The notes beneath the pieces were generated by a model. That model worked only from the letters and a program-made list of their open reading frames with translations. It made no database searches and was not told where the DNA came from. Of a DNA stretch of 64,000 bases, positions 36,590-48,928 are shown piece after piece. This DNA is from Mobula hypostoma (lineage: Eukaryota), in assembly GCF_963921235.1 (NCBI RefSeq), contig NC_086108.1, forward strand, positions 68,202,001-68,266,000, read 5' to 3'. The number at the start of each line of letters is the position of its first letter. Within the stretch, counting starts at the first letter, position 1. The translations under genes were made by a program, and so were the position numbers.

Positions 36590-39500
36590 GTCCATAAAAC
36601 ACAGGAGCAGTATTAGGCCTTTTGGCCCATTGAGTCTGCTCTGCTATTAAATCACAGCTGATCCGTTTTGCCCTCCTCAGCCCCATTCCCTAGCCTTCTC
36701 CCCATAATCTTTGATGCTATGTCCAATCAAGAACCTATCAAGCTCAGCCTTAAATACACCCAACATCCTGGCCTCCACAGCAGCCTGTTATAACAAACTC
36801 CACAAATTCATGACCCTCTGGCTAAAGAAATTTCTCCGCATCTTGAGCCTGTGTCCACTTTCCCTAGAAGCCCCCACCATGGGAAACATCCTTTCCACAT
36901 CTACTCTGTCTAGGCCTTTCAACATTCGAAAGGTTTCAATGAAAAACGCTCTCACCCTTCTAAATTCCGGTGAGTACAGACCTAGAGCCATCAAACATTA
37001 CTCATATGATAACCCTTTCATTCCTAGAATCATCCTTCTGAACCTCTTCAGAATCCTCTCCAATGCCCGCACAGCTTTTCTTAAATGAGAAGCCCAAAAC
37101 TGTTCACAATACTCAAGGTAAGGTCTCACCGGTGCCTTACAAAGCCTCAGCATCACATCCCTGCTCTTTTATTCTAGATCTCTTGAAATTAATGCTAACA
37201 CTGTATTTCCCTTCCTCACCGCCAACTCAACCTGCAAGTTAACCATTAGGGCACAAAGACTCCCAAGTCCCTTTGCATCTCTGATTTTTGGATTTTCTCT
37301 CCATTTAGAAAATAGTCTGCACACTTATTTCTTCTAAAGAAAAGCATGACAATGCATTTTCCAATATTGTATTTCATTTGCCACTTTCTTGCCTTTCTCC
37401 TAATCTGTCTAAGCCCTTCTGCAGCCTACCTATTTCCTCACCACTACCTGCCTCACCAGCAATCCTTATACCATCTGCAAACTTGGCCATAAAGCTATTT
37501 ATTCCTTCATCTAAATCATTGATATATAGCATAAAAAGAAGCGGTCCCAACACCGACCCCTGCGGAAGATCACTACTCACTGGCAGCCAACCAGAAAAGG
37601 ATCCTTTTATTTCCACTCACTGCCTCCAGCAATCAGCAAATACTCTAAACATGCCAGTAACTTCCCTGTAATACCATGGACTCTAAACTTGATAAGCAGC
37701 CTCTTATGTGGGACCTTGTCAGAAGCCTTCTGAAAGTCCAAACATACGACATCCACCATGTCCTCTATATCTGTACTACTTGTAATCTCCTCAAAGAATT
37801 CCAACAGGTTCATCAGGCAAGATGATCCCTTAAGGAAACAATGCTGACTTTGTCTTATCTTGTCCTGTGTCACAAAGTACTCCATCACCTCATCCTTGAC
37901 AATTGTTTCCAACATCTTCCCAACCACTGATGTCAGGCTAACTGGTCTATCATTTCCTTTCTGCTGCCTCCCTCCTTTCCATGAGACCATAAGACAAAGA
38001 AGCAGAAGTTGGCCATTCGGCCCATCGAGTCTGCTCTGCCATTTTATCATGAGCTGATCCATTCTCCCATTTAGTCCCACTCCCCCGCCTTCTCACCATA
38101 ACCTTTGATGCCCTGGCTACTCAGATACCTATCAATCTCTGCCCTAAATACACCCAATGACTTGGCCTCCACACCAGCCCATGGCAACAAATTCCATAGA
38201 TTCACCACCCTCTGGCTAAAAAAATTTCTTCGCATCTCTGTTCTGAATGGGCACCCTTCAATCCTTAAGTCATGCCCTCTCGTACTAGACTCCCCCACCA
38301 TGGGAAACAATTTTGCCACATCCATTCTGTCCATGCCTTTCAACATTTGAAATGTTTCTATGAGATCCCCCCTCATTCTTCTAAACTCCAAGGAATACAG
38401 TCCAAGAGCAGACAAACGTTCCTCATATGTTAACCCTCTCATTCCCAGAATCATTCTAGTGAATCTTCTCTGAACCCTCTCCAACGTCAGCACATCCTTT
38501 CCTAATTAAGGAGCCCAAAACTGCCCGCAGTACTCCAAGTGAGGTCTTGCCAGTGCCTTATAGAGCCTCAACATCACATCCCTGCTCCTACACTCTATTC
38601 CTCTAGAAATGAATGCCAGTCCACTTTCTTAACAAGTGGAGTGACATTTGCAATTTTCCAGTCCTCTGGCACCATGCTAGAGTCCAATGATTTTTGAAAG
38701 ATCATTTCTAATGCCTCCACCATCTCTAACGCTACCACTTTCAGAATACTAGGGTGCAATTCATCTGGTCTGAATGACTTATGTGCCCTTAGGTATTTCA
38801 GCTTTTTGAACACTTTCTCCCTTATAATAGTAACTGCACTCACACACTTCAACATCTGGCACACTGCTAGTGTCTTCCACAGTGAAGGTTGATGCAAAAT
38901 ACTCACTTAGTTCATATGCCATCTCTTTGTCCCCTGTTATTATTTCTCCGGCCTCAGTTTCTAGCAGTCCTATATCCACACTCATCTCTCTTATTTTTTT
39001 TTACATACATACTCGAAAAATCTTTTGCTACCCACTTTGATATTGGTTGCTAGATTGCTTTCATATTTGATCCCTCTCCTTCCTCATGTTCCTGTTAGTT
39101 TCTCTTTGTAGGTTTTTAAAATCTTCCCAATCCTCTATCTTTCTGCTAATTTTTGTTTTGTTGTATGCCCTCTCTTTTGCTTTTACATTAGCTTTGACTT
39201 CCCTTGTCAGCCACAGTCGTACTATTTTGCCATTTGAGTGTTTGTTCATTTTTTGGAATACACCTGCACTTCCTCATTTCCCAGAGAAGCTCACCCCATT
39301 GCTGCTCTGCTGTCATCCCTTCCAGCATCTCCTTCCAATTTACTTTGGCCCACTCCCCTCTCATACCACTGTAATTTCCACAGATATACTGCTATGTCTG
39401 AATTTACTTTCTCCCTGTCAAAGTTAAAGTTAAATTCGATCATATCGTGATCACTGTCTCCTCAGGGTTCCTTTACCTTAAGCTCCCTAATTCCCTGTGA

Positions 39501-40325
39501 TTCATTACATAACACCCAATCCGGTATAGCCGATCCTCTAGCAGGCTCAATGACAAACTGCTCTAAAAAGCCATCTCATAGGTATTCAACAAACTCATTC
39601 TCGAGATTTATTACCAACCTGATTTTCCCCAGTCGACCTGCAGTTGAACTCTCCCATGACTATCATAACATCGCTTTTTCTATTTTCTGTTGTAATCTGT
39701 GGTCCACATCCCAGCTACTGTTGGGAAACCAATATACAACTGCCATCAGGGTCCTTTTACTCTTGCAGTTTCTCAACTCAACCCACACAATTCAACATCT
39801 TCACACAATTCATCCACACGATCCTATGTCACATCTTTCTACTGATTTGATGCCATCTTTAACAGCAGAGCCACACCACCCTTCTGCCTACCTTCCTATC
39901 CCTCCAATACAATGTGCAACCTTCGACATTCAGCTCCAACTATAACCATCCTTTGGCCACGATTTAATAATGGCCACAACATCATACCTGACAACCTGTA
40001 ATAGTGCAACAAGATCATCCACCTTATTTCTTATTCTCCGTGCATATAGCACTTTGAGTACTGTATTTGATAACCTTTTTTGATTCTGCATCTTTCATTC
40101 ACTGGTACTCACCCTGCTAGTTGCAATTTTGTCCTATCATCTGCCTGCCCTTCCTGCCAGTCTGACTGCATGCTATCTTTGCTTTTTTACACCATCCATC
40201 TTATCCTGAGTCCCCTCACTCCTGTTCCCATCCTTGTGCCAAATTAGTTTAGACCCCCCCACAGATCTAACAAATCTGCCCAGAAGAATATTGATCCCCT
40301 TTGAGTTCAAGTGCAACCCATCACT
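36590..40325 (-). mobile_element. Long degraded CR1 (end of ORF1 to 3' end)
   Basis: ORFs 36788..36994, 37374..37616, 37607..38080, 38595..38906; DGLHLN near 40300. Confidence 0.9.
37980..38619 (-). mobile_element. Younger 5'-truncated CR1 nested in the older CR1
   Basis: ORF 38071..38493 is a clean CR1 C-terminus with its own tail; the host RT sequence resumes on both sides. Confidence 0.88.
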
Positions 40326-40616
40326 TTTGCACATCCTTTTGTACAAGGATGTGAAAGAAATGAACATGTAGGTCAGAGTACTCAAAAAGACACTAATATT
40401 AACGCAGCAAATGAAAGCAAGACATCTGTGGAAACAAATAGCAGACCAAGAAAGATCATTAAACCACACAAAGATGGATTAACAGTAGGGGAATGAATAA
40501 GGGTCAGTATTTGCTTATTACAATTGGTTAATGTAAATATCTATGTTGGAAAGCATTATTGTTTCCTGCAGGTTTGAGGACATTATATTGTGTTGGTTTT
40601 CTTTAAAGGGAGAAGA

Positions 40617-40814
40617 TGTGTTATATGTGAATATAATAAAGAATTCCAGTTCCCAGTGTGCAACATGGGTGGTTTTTCCCAGAGCCAGGACGTTGGGAGC
40701 AGGTCGCACATACTCATGTCAGGCCGAAGCCATTGCTGGATTGTCCCAAATAAAGATGTGTTCAGTTTTTACCCATGCTGCTAAGTTTGTCTTTTATCAA
40801 GAACAAACATAACA
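40617..40814 (+). repeat. 3' LTR of the old LTR element
   Basis: TG..CA ends, internal AATAAA, preceded by PPT, homologous to about 33975-34128. Confidence 0.75.
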
Positions 40815-41853
40815 CTGACGAGCACATCGAGGATAAAGTACCTATCAAGTAAATCGTTGTGCATCTATGGTTTATGTCATGGCTGTAGGAATCATATTGT
40901 TAAGGGAGTTTACTGTATTTAATTGTCATCAGTAAACTGTTTGAACTGGTTATTCTGTTCGCTAACTTTTACTACCAATTTTCACCAGTAAAAAGCCTGT
41001 CTCTCCATACTAATTATTTTGTTCCAAAAATATTCTCTGAAATGCAAGCTGGATAAATGTTCTACATGGCTGAGTATTAAGTGTTCTGCACTTTATAACA
41101 TTTACATTAATGACCTGATACAAAACTCGGATCTGCATTTAGCAATGAACGGCAAAGTAATAGACAAGGATGCTAAAAGCAGACCAATGAAATCAGACAC
41201 TTTGCAAATGCAATTTAACACTGAGGAGAAAATGATTTGTTTTAATTGTAGGATAAAGAAGAGTGTAAATTAGATTACACAATTTGATATACATGTTTGG
41301 AAAGTGGTTCAAAAGTAAATTTATTATCAAAGTACATATATGCCACCATATACAACCCTGAGATTTATTTTCTTGTGGGCATACTCAATAAATCCATAAT
41401 ATAATAGTAACCACAATAGAATCAATGAATGTCCGCACCAACTTGAGTATCTACCCAGTGTGAGAAGGACAATAGACTGCAAACACAATAAGGAATATTA
41501 ATAAATAAATAAGCGATAAATCTTGAGAACATTTTCTTCAGCGGTTTGACTGGGGCACAACTGCTCAAGCGCATGGAAGTCAACCAGTGAGAACAGCAAG
41601 AAGAGTTTAAAAGTGAGAAAAGTTCAAACGGTGACGGTTATTTCTTCAGCGGTTTGAACAGGGCACGACTGTGCAAGCACGTAGAGGACGGACAGTGAGA
41701 ACAGCGAGAAGAGTTTAAAAAGAAGACAGATTTATACAGCGGGCATCGGAATAGAGGGAGACAGAGTAGGAAGGCTTTGGCTCAACGGGGCTTAGACGAT
41801 AAAGGGTCGAGGCAAGGTAAGTTATCTGTGTAGAATACAGACAGAAAGTATGT

Positions 41854-42777
41854 GTGTGGCTGGTTTTCTGTGCATGGTGTCAGATGAGGGAGGTCCAGGA
41901 AACTCCCAGCCTCCCAGACGGCCACACCTGCACCAGGTGCATCGAGCTACAGCTCCTGAGGGACCGCATAAGGGAAATGGAGATGCAGCTCGATGATCTT
42001 ATTCTGGTCAGGGAGAGTGAGGAGGTGATGGAGAGGAGCTATAGGCAGGTAGCCACACCGGGGTCTGGGGAGACAGATAAGAGGGTAACAGTCAGGAGAG
42101 GGAAGGCCAATCGGCAGATGCTAGAGAGTACCCCTGTGGCTATCCCCCTTAACAATAAGTACTCTTGTTTGAGTACTGTTGGAGGAGACAGTCTACCTGG
42201 GGGAAGCAACAGTGGCTGCGCCTCTGGCACAGAGTCTGGCCCTCAGAAGGTTAGGGAAAGGAAAAGGATGGCAGTAGTGATAAGGGACTCTATATTTAGG
42301 GGGTCAGCCAGGCGGTTCTGTGGATGCAGGAAAGAAACGTGGATGGTAGTTTGCCTCTCAGGTGCCAGAGTCCGGGATGTTTCTGATCGCGGCTGTGATA
42401 TCTCGAAGAGGGAAGAAGAACAGCCGGAGGTTGTGATACATATTGGTACCAATGACATGGGCAGGAAAAGGGAAGAGGTCCTGAAAGCAAACTACAGGGA
42501 GTTGGGAAGGAAGTTAAGAGGCAGGACCTCAAAGGTAGTAATCTCGGGATTACTGCCTGCGCTATGTGACAGTGAGTATAGGAATAGAATGAGGTGGAGG
42601 ATAAATGCGTGGCTGAGGGTTTGGAGCAGGGGGCAGGGATTCAGATTTCTGGATCATTGGGACCTCTTATGGGGCAGGTGTGACCTGTACAAAAAGGATG
42701 GGTTGCACTTGAATCCCAGGGCGACCAATATCTTGGCGGGGAGGTTTGCTGAAGCTATTGGGGAGAGTTTAAACTAG
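41854..42777 (+). CDS. CR1 ORF1p: zinc finger, leucine zipper, SGNH esterase-like domain (open frame, probably decaying)
   Basis: CAWC..HTCTRC, LQLLRDRIREMEMQL, VIRDSIFRG (GDS motif mutated), HIGTND, DGLHLN. Confidence 0.88.
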   Translation: MWLVFCAWCQMREVQETPSLPDGHTCTRCIELQLLRDRIREMEMQLDDLILVRESEEVMERSYRQVATPGSGETDKRVTVRRGKANRQMLESTPVAIPLNNKYSCLSTVGGDSLPGGSNSGCASGTESGPQKVRERKRMAVVIRDSIFRGSARRFCGCRKETWMVVCLSGARVRDVSDRGCDISKREEEQPEVVIHIGTNDMGRKREEVLKANYRELGRKLRGRTSKVVISGLLPALCDSEYRNRMRWRINAWLRVWSRGQGFRFLDHWDLLWGRCDLYKKDGLHLNPRATNILAGRFAEAIGESLN

Positions 42778-43855
42778 AATTGTTGAGGGGTGGAAATTGA
42801 ACTGAAGTGACAGAGGAAAGGGAGGTTGACTCACAAATAGAGAAAGCTTGGAGACAGTGCGAAAGGGAGGATAGGCAGGTGATAGAGAAGGAACATGCTC
42901 AGACCGATGTTTTGAGATGTGTCTATTTTAATGCGAGGAGTATTATGACAAAGCGGATGAGCTTAGAGTGTGGATCAGCACTTGGAGCTATGAGGTTGTG
43001 GCCATTACAGAGACTTGGATGGCTCGGGACAGGAATGGCTACTTCAAGTGCCAGGCTTTAGATGTTTCAGAAAGGACAGGGAGGGAGGCAAAAGAGGTGG
43101 GGACGTGGCACTTCTGATCAGAGATAGTGTCACGGCTCCAGAAAAGGAGGAAGTCATGGAGGGATTGTCTACTGAGTGTGGGTGGAAGTTAGAAACAGGA
43201 AGGGGTCAGTAACTCTACTGGGTGTTTTTTATAGACCACCCAATAGTAACAGGGACATTGAGGATCAGATAGGGAGACAAATTCTGCAAAGGTGTAATAA
43301 TAATAGGGTTGTTGTGGTGGGAGATTTTAATTTCCCAAATATTGATTGGCATCTCCCTAGAGTGAGAGGTTTAGATGGAATGGAATTTGTTAGGTGTGTT
43401 CAGGAAGGTGTCTTGACACAATATATAGATAAGCCTACAAGAGGAGAGGCTGTACTTGATCTGGTATTGGGAAATGAACCTGATCAGGTATCAGGTCTCT
43501 CAGTGGGAGAGCATTTTGGAGATAGTGATCACAATTCTATCTCCTTTACCATAGCATTGGAGAGGGAACGGAACAGACAAGTTAGGGAAACGTTTAACTG
43601 GAGGAAGGGGAAATATCAGGCAGGAACTTGGAAGAATAAATTGGAAACAGATGTTCTCAGGGAAACATATGGAAGAAATGTGGCAAATTTTCAGAGGATA
43701 TTTGTGTGGGGTTCTGCATAGGTACGTTCCAATGAGACAAGGAAAGGATGGTAGGGTACAGGAACCATGGTGTACAAAGGCTGTTGTAAACCTACTCAAG
43801 AAGAAGAGCTTACGAAAGGTAAAAAACTAGGTAACGACAGAGATGAGGAAGATTA

Positions 43856-45406
43856 CAGATGTCCCCCGCTTTTCGAACGTTCGCTTTACGAAACCTCACT
43901 GTTATGAAAGACCTATATTAGTTCCCTGTTTTCACTAACAGAAGGTGGTTTCACTGTTACTAAAAAAGGCAGCGCGCGCCCTGAGCAGCCGCTCTCCCCG
44001 GGAACGGCATTCTCACCGGCATTGCTTAAACACGTGCCTGTGAGCAGCAGTTAGCAAGATGAGCTCTAAAGTATAGGAAAAGCCTAAAAGAACTCATAAG
44101 GGTGTTACACTTAGCGTAAAACTAAACATAATTGAGCATTTCGATCATAGTGAATCAAGTAAGGACAAAGTGAGTTTGGCTTGTGGAAGTTGACAGAGAT
44201 GATGTTGAAGAGGTTTTGGCATCTCATGACCAAGAACTGATAGATGAAGAGCTGATGCAATTGGAAGAGGAAAGAATAACAATCAAAACCGAATTCAGTA
44301 GCAAACGGACCAAAGGTGAAATCGTCCAGGAACTGAACGTGAAGCAATTGCGTGAGATTTTCGCTGCAATGATAAAGTACGACTCTAATTTTGAAAGGTT
44401 ACGTCAGTTTAGGGCATATTTGCAGGATGGTTTGAGTGCTTACAAACAACTGTATGATAGAAAAATGCGCAAGGCTAAGCAGTCAAGCAAGCCTTCCACA
44501 TCAGCCACAGCAGACGACGAACCTCGAGCTTCGACATCGAGGCAAGCAGTCATAGGAGAAGATGACCTGCCCGCCCTGATGGAAACAGATGACACCCCGG
44601 TGTCCCACCACCCCAACCACCGGGCTGCGGACAGATACCGATTTGCGGAGAATACAGCGATAGCCGGGAGGCACCCAGCGCATCTTTAAGAAAAAAGCTG
44701 AAATAAACATGCTAATTAATTATGTGCCGGGCAGCACCTAATTAATTAGCTTGTTTATTTCAGCTTTTTTCTTAAAGATGTGCTGGATGCATCCCGGGCA
44801 CCGCTGGACCGCTGCATGCTTCGCGGATCGGTATCGGGTCGCTGCCTAGAGGGTGGGGACCACTGCACCACCCCAACCTCCGACGACTCAGCCTAACACA
44901 CCATCAGTGTGATCGATGTCTTCCCGATTCCTGTAAGTGATACTACACTGTACATAGATTATTTCTACTTTATATCGGCTGTGTATTTTTATGTGTTATT
45001 TGGTATGATTTGGCAGTTTTATAGCCTAAAGGTTACTGGAGAGAGTGTTTCTGCCGATGGCGTTTGCGTGAGATTTTCTGCCAAGAGCGCTTGCGCCGTG
45101 TTTTTGCTGACGGCGCTTGCATGAGATTTTCACTATGGAGAACAGTGCAGGCAATCATTGTAGAGAAGTATTTCTAATTTATATAGGCTGTGTATTTATC
45201 ATATCATTCCTGCTTTTACTATATGTTAGTGTTATTTTAGGTTTTATGTGTTATTTGGCATGATTTGGTAGTTTATTTTTGGGTCTACGGACGCTCACAA
45301 ATTTTTCCCATATAAATAAATGGTAATTGCTTCTTCGCTTTACGACATTCCAGCTTACGAACCGTTTCATAGGAACGCTCTACCTTAAGATGGTGGGGGA
45401 AAGTTG
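43856..45406 (+). mobile_element. Internally deleted Tigger/pogo-like DNA transposon
   Basis: TA duplication at 43854-55 and 45407-08; removal restores host gattataagg; imperfect TIRs cagatgtcccccgc / caactttcccccac; N-terminal KPKRTHKGVTLSVKLNIIEHF joined to C-terminal DDVEEVLASHDQELIDEELMQLEEE. Confidence 0.85.
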
Positions 45407-45720
45407 TATAAGGCTCGCAGTAAGAAGCTTAAGAATGAAATTAGGAGAGCCAGAAGGGGCCATGAGAAGGTCTTGGCGGACAGGATTAAGGAAAACCCCA
45501 AGGCATTCTACAAGTATGTGAAGAGCAAGAGGATAAGGCATGAGAGACTAGGACCAATCAAGTGTGAAAGTGGAAAAGTGTGTATGGAACCAGAGGAGAT
45601 AGCAGAAGTAATTAATGAGTACTTTGCTTCATATTCACTACAGAAAAAGATCTTGGCTATTGTAGGGGTGACTTACAGTGGACTGAAAAGCTTGAGCATG
45701 TAGATATTAAGGAAGAGGAT

Positions 45721-47019
45721 GTGCTGGAGCTTTTGGAAAGCATCAAGTTGGATAAGTCACCGGGACCAGATGGGATGTACCCCAGGCTACTGCGGGAAGC
45801 GAGGGAGGAGATTGCTGAGCCTCTGGCAATGATCTTTGCATCCTCAATGAGGACAGGAGAAGTTCCAGAGGACTGGAGGGTTGCGGATGTTGTTCCCTTA
45901 TTCAAGAAAGGGAGTAAGGATAGCCCAGGAAACTATAGACCAATGAGTCTTACTTCAGTGGTTGGTAAGTTGATGGAGAAGATCCTGAGAGGCAGGATTT
46001 ATGAACATTTGGAGAGGCATAATATGATTAGGAATAGTCAGCATGGCTTTGTCATAGGCAGGTTGTGCCTTACAAGCCTGACTGAATATTTTGAGGATGT
46101 GACTAAACACATTGTTGGAGGTAGAGCTGTAGATGTAGTGTTTATGGATTTCAGCAAGGCATTTGAAAAGGTACCCCATGCCAGGCTTATTGAAAAAGTA
46201 AGGAGGCTTGGGATCCAAGGAGACATTGCTTTGTGGATCCAGAACTGGCTTGCCTACAGAAGGCAAAGAGTGGTTGTAGACGGGTCATATTCTGCATGTA
46301 GGTCGGTCACCAGTGGTGTGCCTCAGAGATCTGTTCTGGGGCTCCTACTCTTTGTGATTTTTATAAATGACCTGGATGAGGAAGTGGAGGGATGGGTTAG
46401 TAAAATTGCTGATGACACAAAGGTTGGGGGTGTTGTGGATAGTGTGGAGGGCTGTCAGAGGTTACAGCGGGACATTGATAGGATGCAAAACTGGGCTGAG
46501 AAGTGGCAGATGTTCAACCCAGATAAGTGTGAGGTGGTTCATTTTGGTAGGTCAAATACGATGGCAGAATATAGTATTAACGGTAAGGCTCTTGGCAGTG
46601 TGGAGGATCAAAGGGATCTTGGGGTCCGAGTCCATAGTTCACTCAAAGCTGCTACGCAGGTTGACTCTGTGGTTAAGAAAGCAAACGGTGCATTGGCCTT
46701 CATCAACCATGGGATTGAGTTTAAGAGCCAAGAAGTAATGTTGCAGCTATATAGGACCCTGGTCAGACCCCACTTGGAGTACTGTGCTCAATTCTGGTCG
46801 CCTCACTACAGAAAGGATGAAGAAACCATAGAAAGGGTGCAGAGGAGATTTACAAGGATGTTGCCTTTATTGGGGAGCATGCCTTATGAGAATAGGTTGA
46901 GAGAATTCGGCCTTTTCTCCTTGGAGTGTCAGAGGATGAGAGATGACCTGATATTGGTGTACAAGATGATGAGAGGCATTGATCGTGTGGATAGTAAGAG
47001 GCTTTTTTCCCAGGGCTGA
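45721..47019 (+). pseudogene. CR1 ORF2 RT domain
   Basis: NYRPMSLTS, QHGF, MDFSKAF, GVPQRSVLG, IADDTK. Confidence 0.92.
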
Positions 47020-47334
47020 AATGGCTAACATGCGATGGCATAGTTTTAAGGTGGTTGAAAGTAGGTACAAAGGAGATGTCAGGGGTAATTTTTTTTTATT
47101 TTTTTTAATGCAGAAAGTGGTGAATGCGTGGAATGAGCTGCCGGCAGTTGTGGTGGAGGCGGAAATTATAGGGTATTTTAAGAGACTCCTGGATAGGTAC
47201 ACGGAGCTTAGAAAAATAGAGAGCTATGGGTAAGCCTGGGTAGTTCTAAGGTAAGGACATGTTCGGTACACATTTGTGTGCCGAAGGGCCTGTATTGTAT
47301 TGTAGGTTTTCTATGTTTCTATGTTTCTAACATA

Positions 47335-48010
47335 AGATGAAGAGCCCTTGAAAATAATTCTGTAGGTTGTGTGAACATTTCAATGATGAGGCAGGTGAAA
47401 TTGAGTAAAGTTATCTCCTTTGATTCAACAGCTTGATGGTTGAGGGGTAATAATTGTTCCTGAACCTGTCGGTGAAGATTCTGAGGCTTCTGTACCTTCT
47501 TCCTGATGGTAGCACCGTGGAGAGCATGATGGGGGGTACTGATGATGGATGCTGTTTTCTTGCAACAACGCTTCATGTAGATGTGCTCAAAGGTGGGGAG
47601 GGTTTTATCAATGATGGATTGGACTGTATCCTCTATATTTTGTAAAGTTTTCCGTTCAAGGGCATTGGTGTTTCCATACCAGACTGTGATGCAACCAATC
47701 AAATGACTCTCCACCACACATCTATACAAGTTTGTCGAAGTTTTAGATGTCATGCCAAATCTTCACAAACTCCTAAGTGGAGGTGCTCTCATGGTTTCTT
47801 TGTAATTGCACTTACATGCCAGGCCTAGAAAAGGCCCCCCCAAGTAATAACACCAAGACATTTACATTTGCTAATCCTCTCCACCGCTCATCTCCGATAA
47901 AGACTAGCTCATAAACCTCTGGTTTCCTGCTCCTGAAGTAAGTAATCAGCTCCTTGGTCTTGCTGACATTGAGGAAGTTGTTGTTATGTTGCCACTCATC
48001 ATGGCTGATC
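47335..48010 (-). mobile_element. Rex1/Babar-like 3' fragment
   Basis: ORFs 47812..48018 (NNFLNVSKTKELI) and 47319..47753. Confidence 0.75.
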
Positions 48011-48011
48011 A

Positions 48012-48376
48012 TCCACAATCAGTACCCTGTTCCTGCCTTCTCCCCATATCCCTTGATTCCTCTGTCTTTAAGATCTCTATCTAACTCTTTCTTGAAAGAA
48101 TCCAGAGAATTGGCCTCCACTGCCTTCTGAGGCAGAGCATTCCACAGATCCACAACCCTTTGTGTGAAAAGTTTTTCCTCAACTCTGTTCTAAATGGTCT
48201 ACCCCTTATTCTTAAACTAAGGCCTCTGGTTCTGCACTCCCCCAACATCAGGAACATGTTTCCTGCCTTTAGCATGTCCAATCCCTTAATAATCTTATAT
48301 GTTTCAATCAGATCTCCTCTCATCCTTCTAAATTCCAGTGTATACAAGCTCCAATCTTTCAACATATGACATTCCC
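48012..48376 (-). mobile_element. CR1 3' fragment
   Basis: LYTLEFRRMRGDLIETYKII. Confidence 0.88.
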
Positions 48377-48558
48377 GCCAGTCTATCGTGAGGTTAACCC
48401 CTACCATTTGCCGGTACCCACTTTCAGCTGGGTGGACTGGAGCAGTGTGTGGTTAAGTGCCTTGCACAAAGACACAACACGCTGCCTTGGCCGAGACTCG
48501 AACCCACGACCTTCAGATCGTGAGCCCAATGCCCTAACCACTTGGCAACACGCCACAC
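48377..48558 (-). mobile_element. tRNA-derived SINE with CORE/Meta-like body
   Basis: A-box TTGCCAAGTGG and B-box GGTTCGAGTC, then GTGTCTTTGTGCAAGGCACTTAACC..GTCCACCCAGCTG..GGGTACC. Confidence 0.75.
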
Positions 48559-48714
48559 TAGCGATGTACAGGACCCTAAATAATAGGGAATAGATTAACT
48601 CCAGTTTATTCTCAATTTAATATATTTATTAATCAATTCATTCTATCTCACACAAGCTTGAGAATTCTCTTTTGATTCTTAGAGCTATTATCCTTCATTA
48701 AGGAGTAATTTGTA

Positions 48715-48896
48715 ATATCAAATTACTTGACAGCATGCCTTTGGGATGGGGGAGAAAACCAGAGCACCCAAAGGAAACCCACACACCATAGGAGAGAATG
48801 TGCAAACTCAGTGTAGATAGCACCCGGTGTTGGGACTGAACTTGAATCCCCAGAGCTGTGAGGCAGTTGCAATTCCTGTTGCACCATTGTGCTGCC
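48715..48896 (-). mobile_element. V-SINE (HE1-like), degraded
   Basis: tRNA-like head followed by GAGTTTGCACATTCTC..GTGGGTTTCCTTTGGGTGCTCTGGTTTTCTCCC, the V-domain pattern. Confidence 0.8.
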
Positions 48897-48901
48897 ACTT
48901 A

Positions 48902-48927
48902 CAGTACTGTGCAAAAGTCTTAGGCAC
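48902..48927 (+). repeat. Left TIR of a Tc1/mariner-type MITE
   Basis: TA|cagtactgtgcaaaagtcttaggcac; 24/26 inverted match to 53102-53127. Confidence 0.9.
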
Positions 48928-48928
48928 A

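Larger units (their letters stand above)
33975..40814 (+). mobile_element. Old, deleted Gypsy-type LTR retrotransposon hosting nested Penelope and CR1 insertions
   Basis: Diverged LTR pair at about 33975-34128 and 40617-40814; PPT aaagggagaaga before the right LTR; gag remnant DSLVRNKIVC..EKAVNMCRAAE and knuckles CSKCGGWH..CPAYGKSCNNCGKKNHFAKYC at about 35200-35600; protease remnant near 35720. Confidence 0.75.
41530..47329 (+). mobile_element. Near full-length CR1 LINE interrupted by a Tigger-like element
   Basis: Duplicated 5' UTR unit, ORF1, APE (43176..43721), RT (45721..47019), (ttctatgt)n tail. Confidence 0.95.

Noticed and set aside
41854..42777. SGNH esterase ORF as a host or captured gene
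   Set aside because: It occupies the ORF1 position of a CR1; esterase-type ORF1p is established for CR1, and homologues recur in several other copies in this window
44183..44689. Domesticated TIGD/CENP-B-like gene
   Set aside because: Only the C-terminal part remains, the HTH and DDE domains are deleted, and TIRs plus the TA duplication are still present
48488..48558. tRNA gene
   Set aside because: Acceptor and T stems pair poorly and the sequence runs directly into a SINE body
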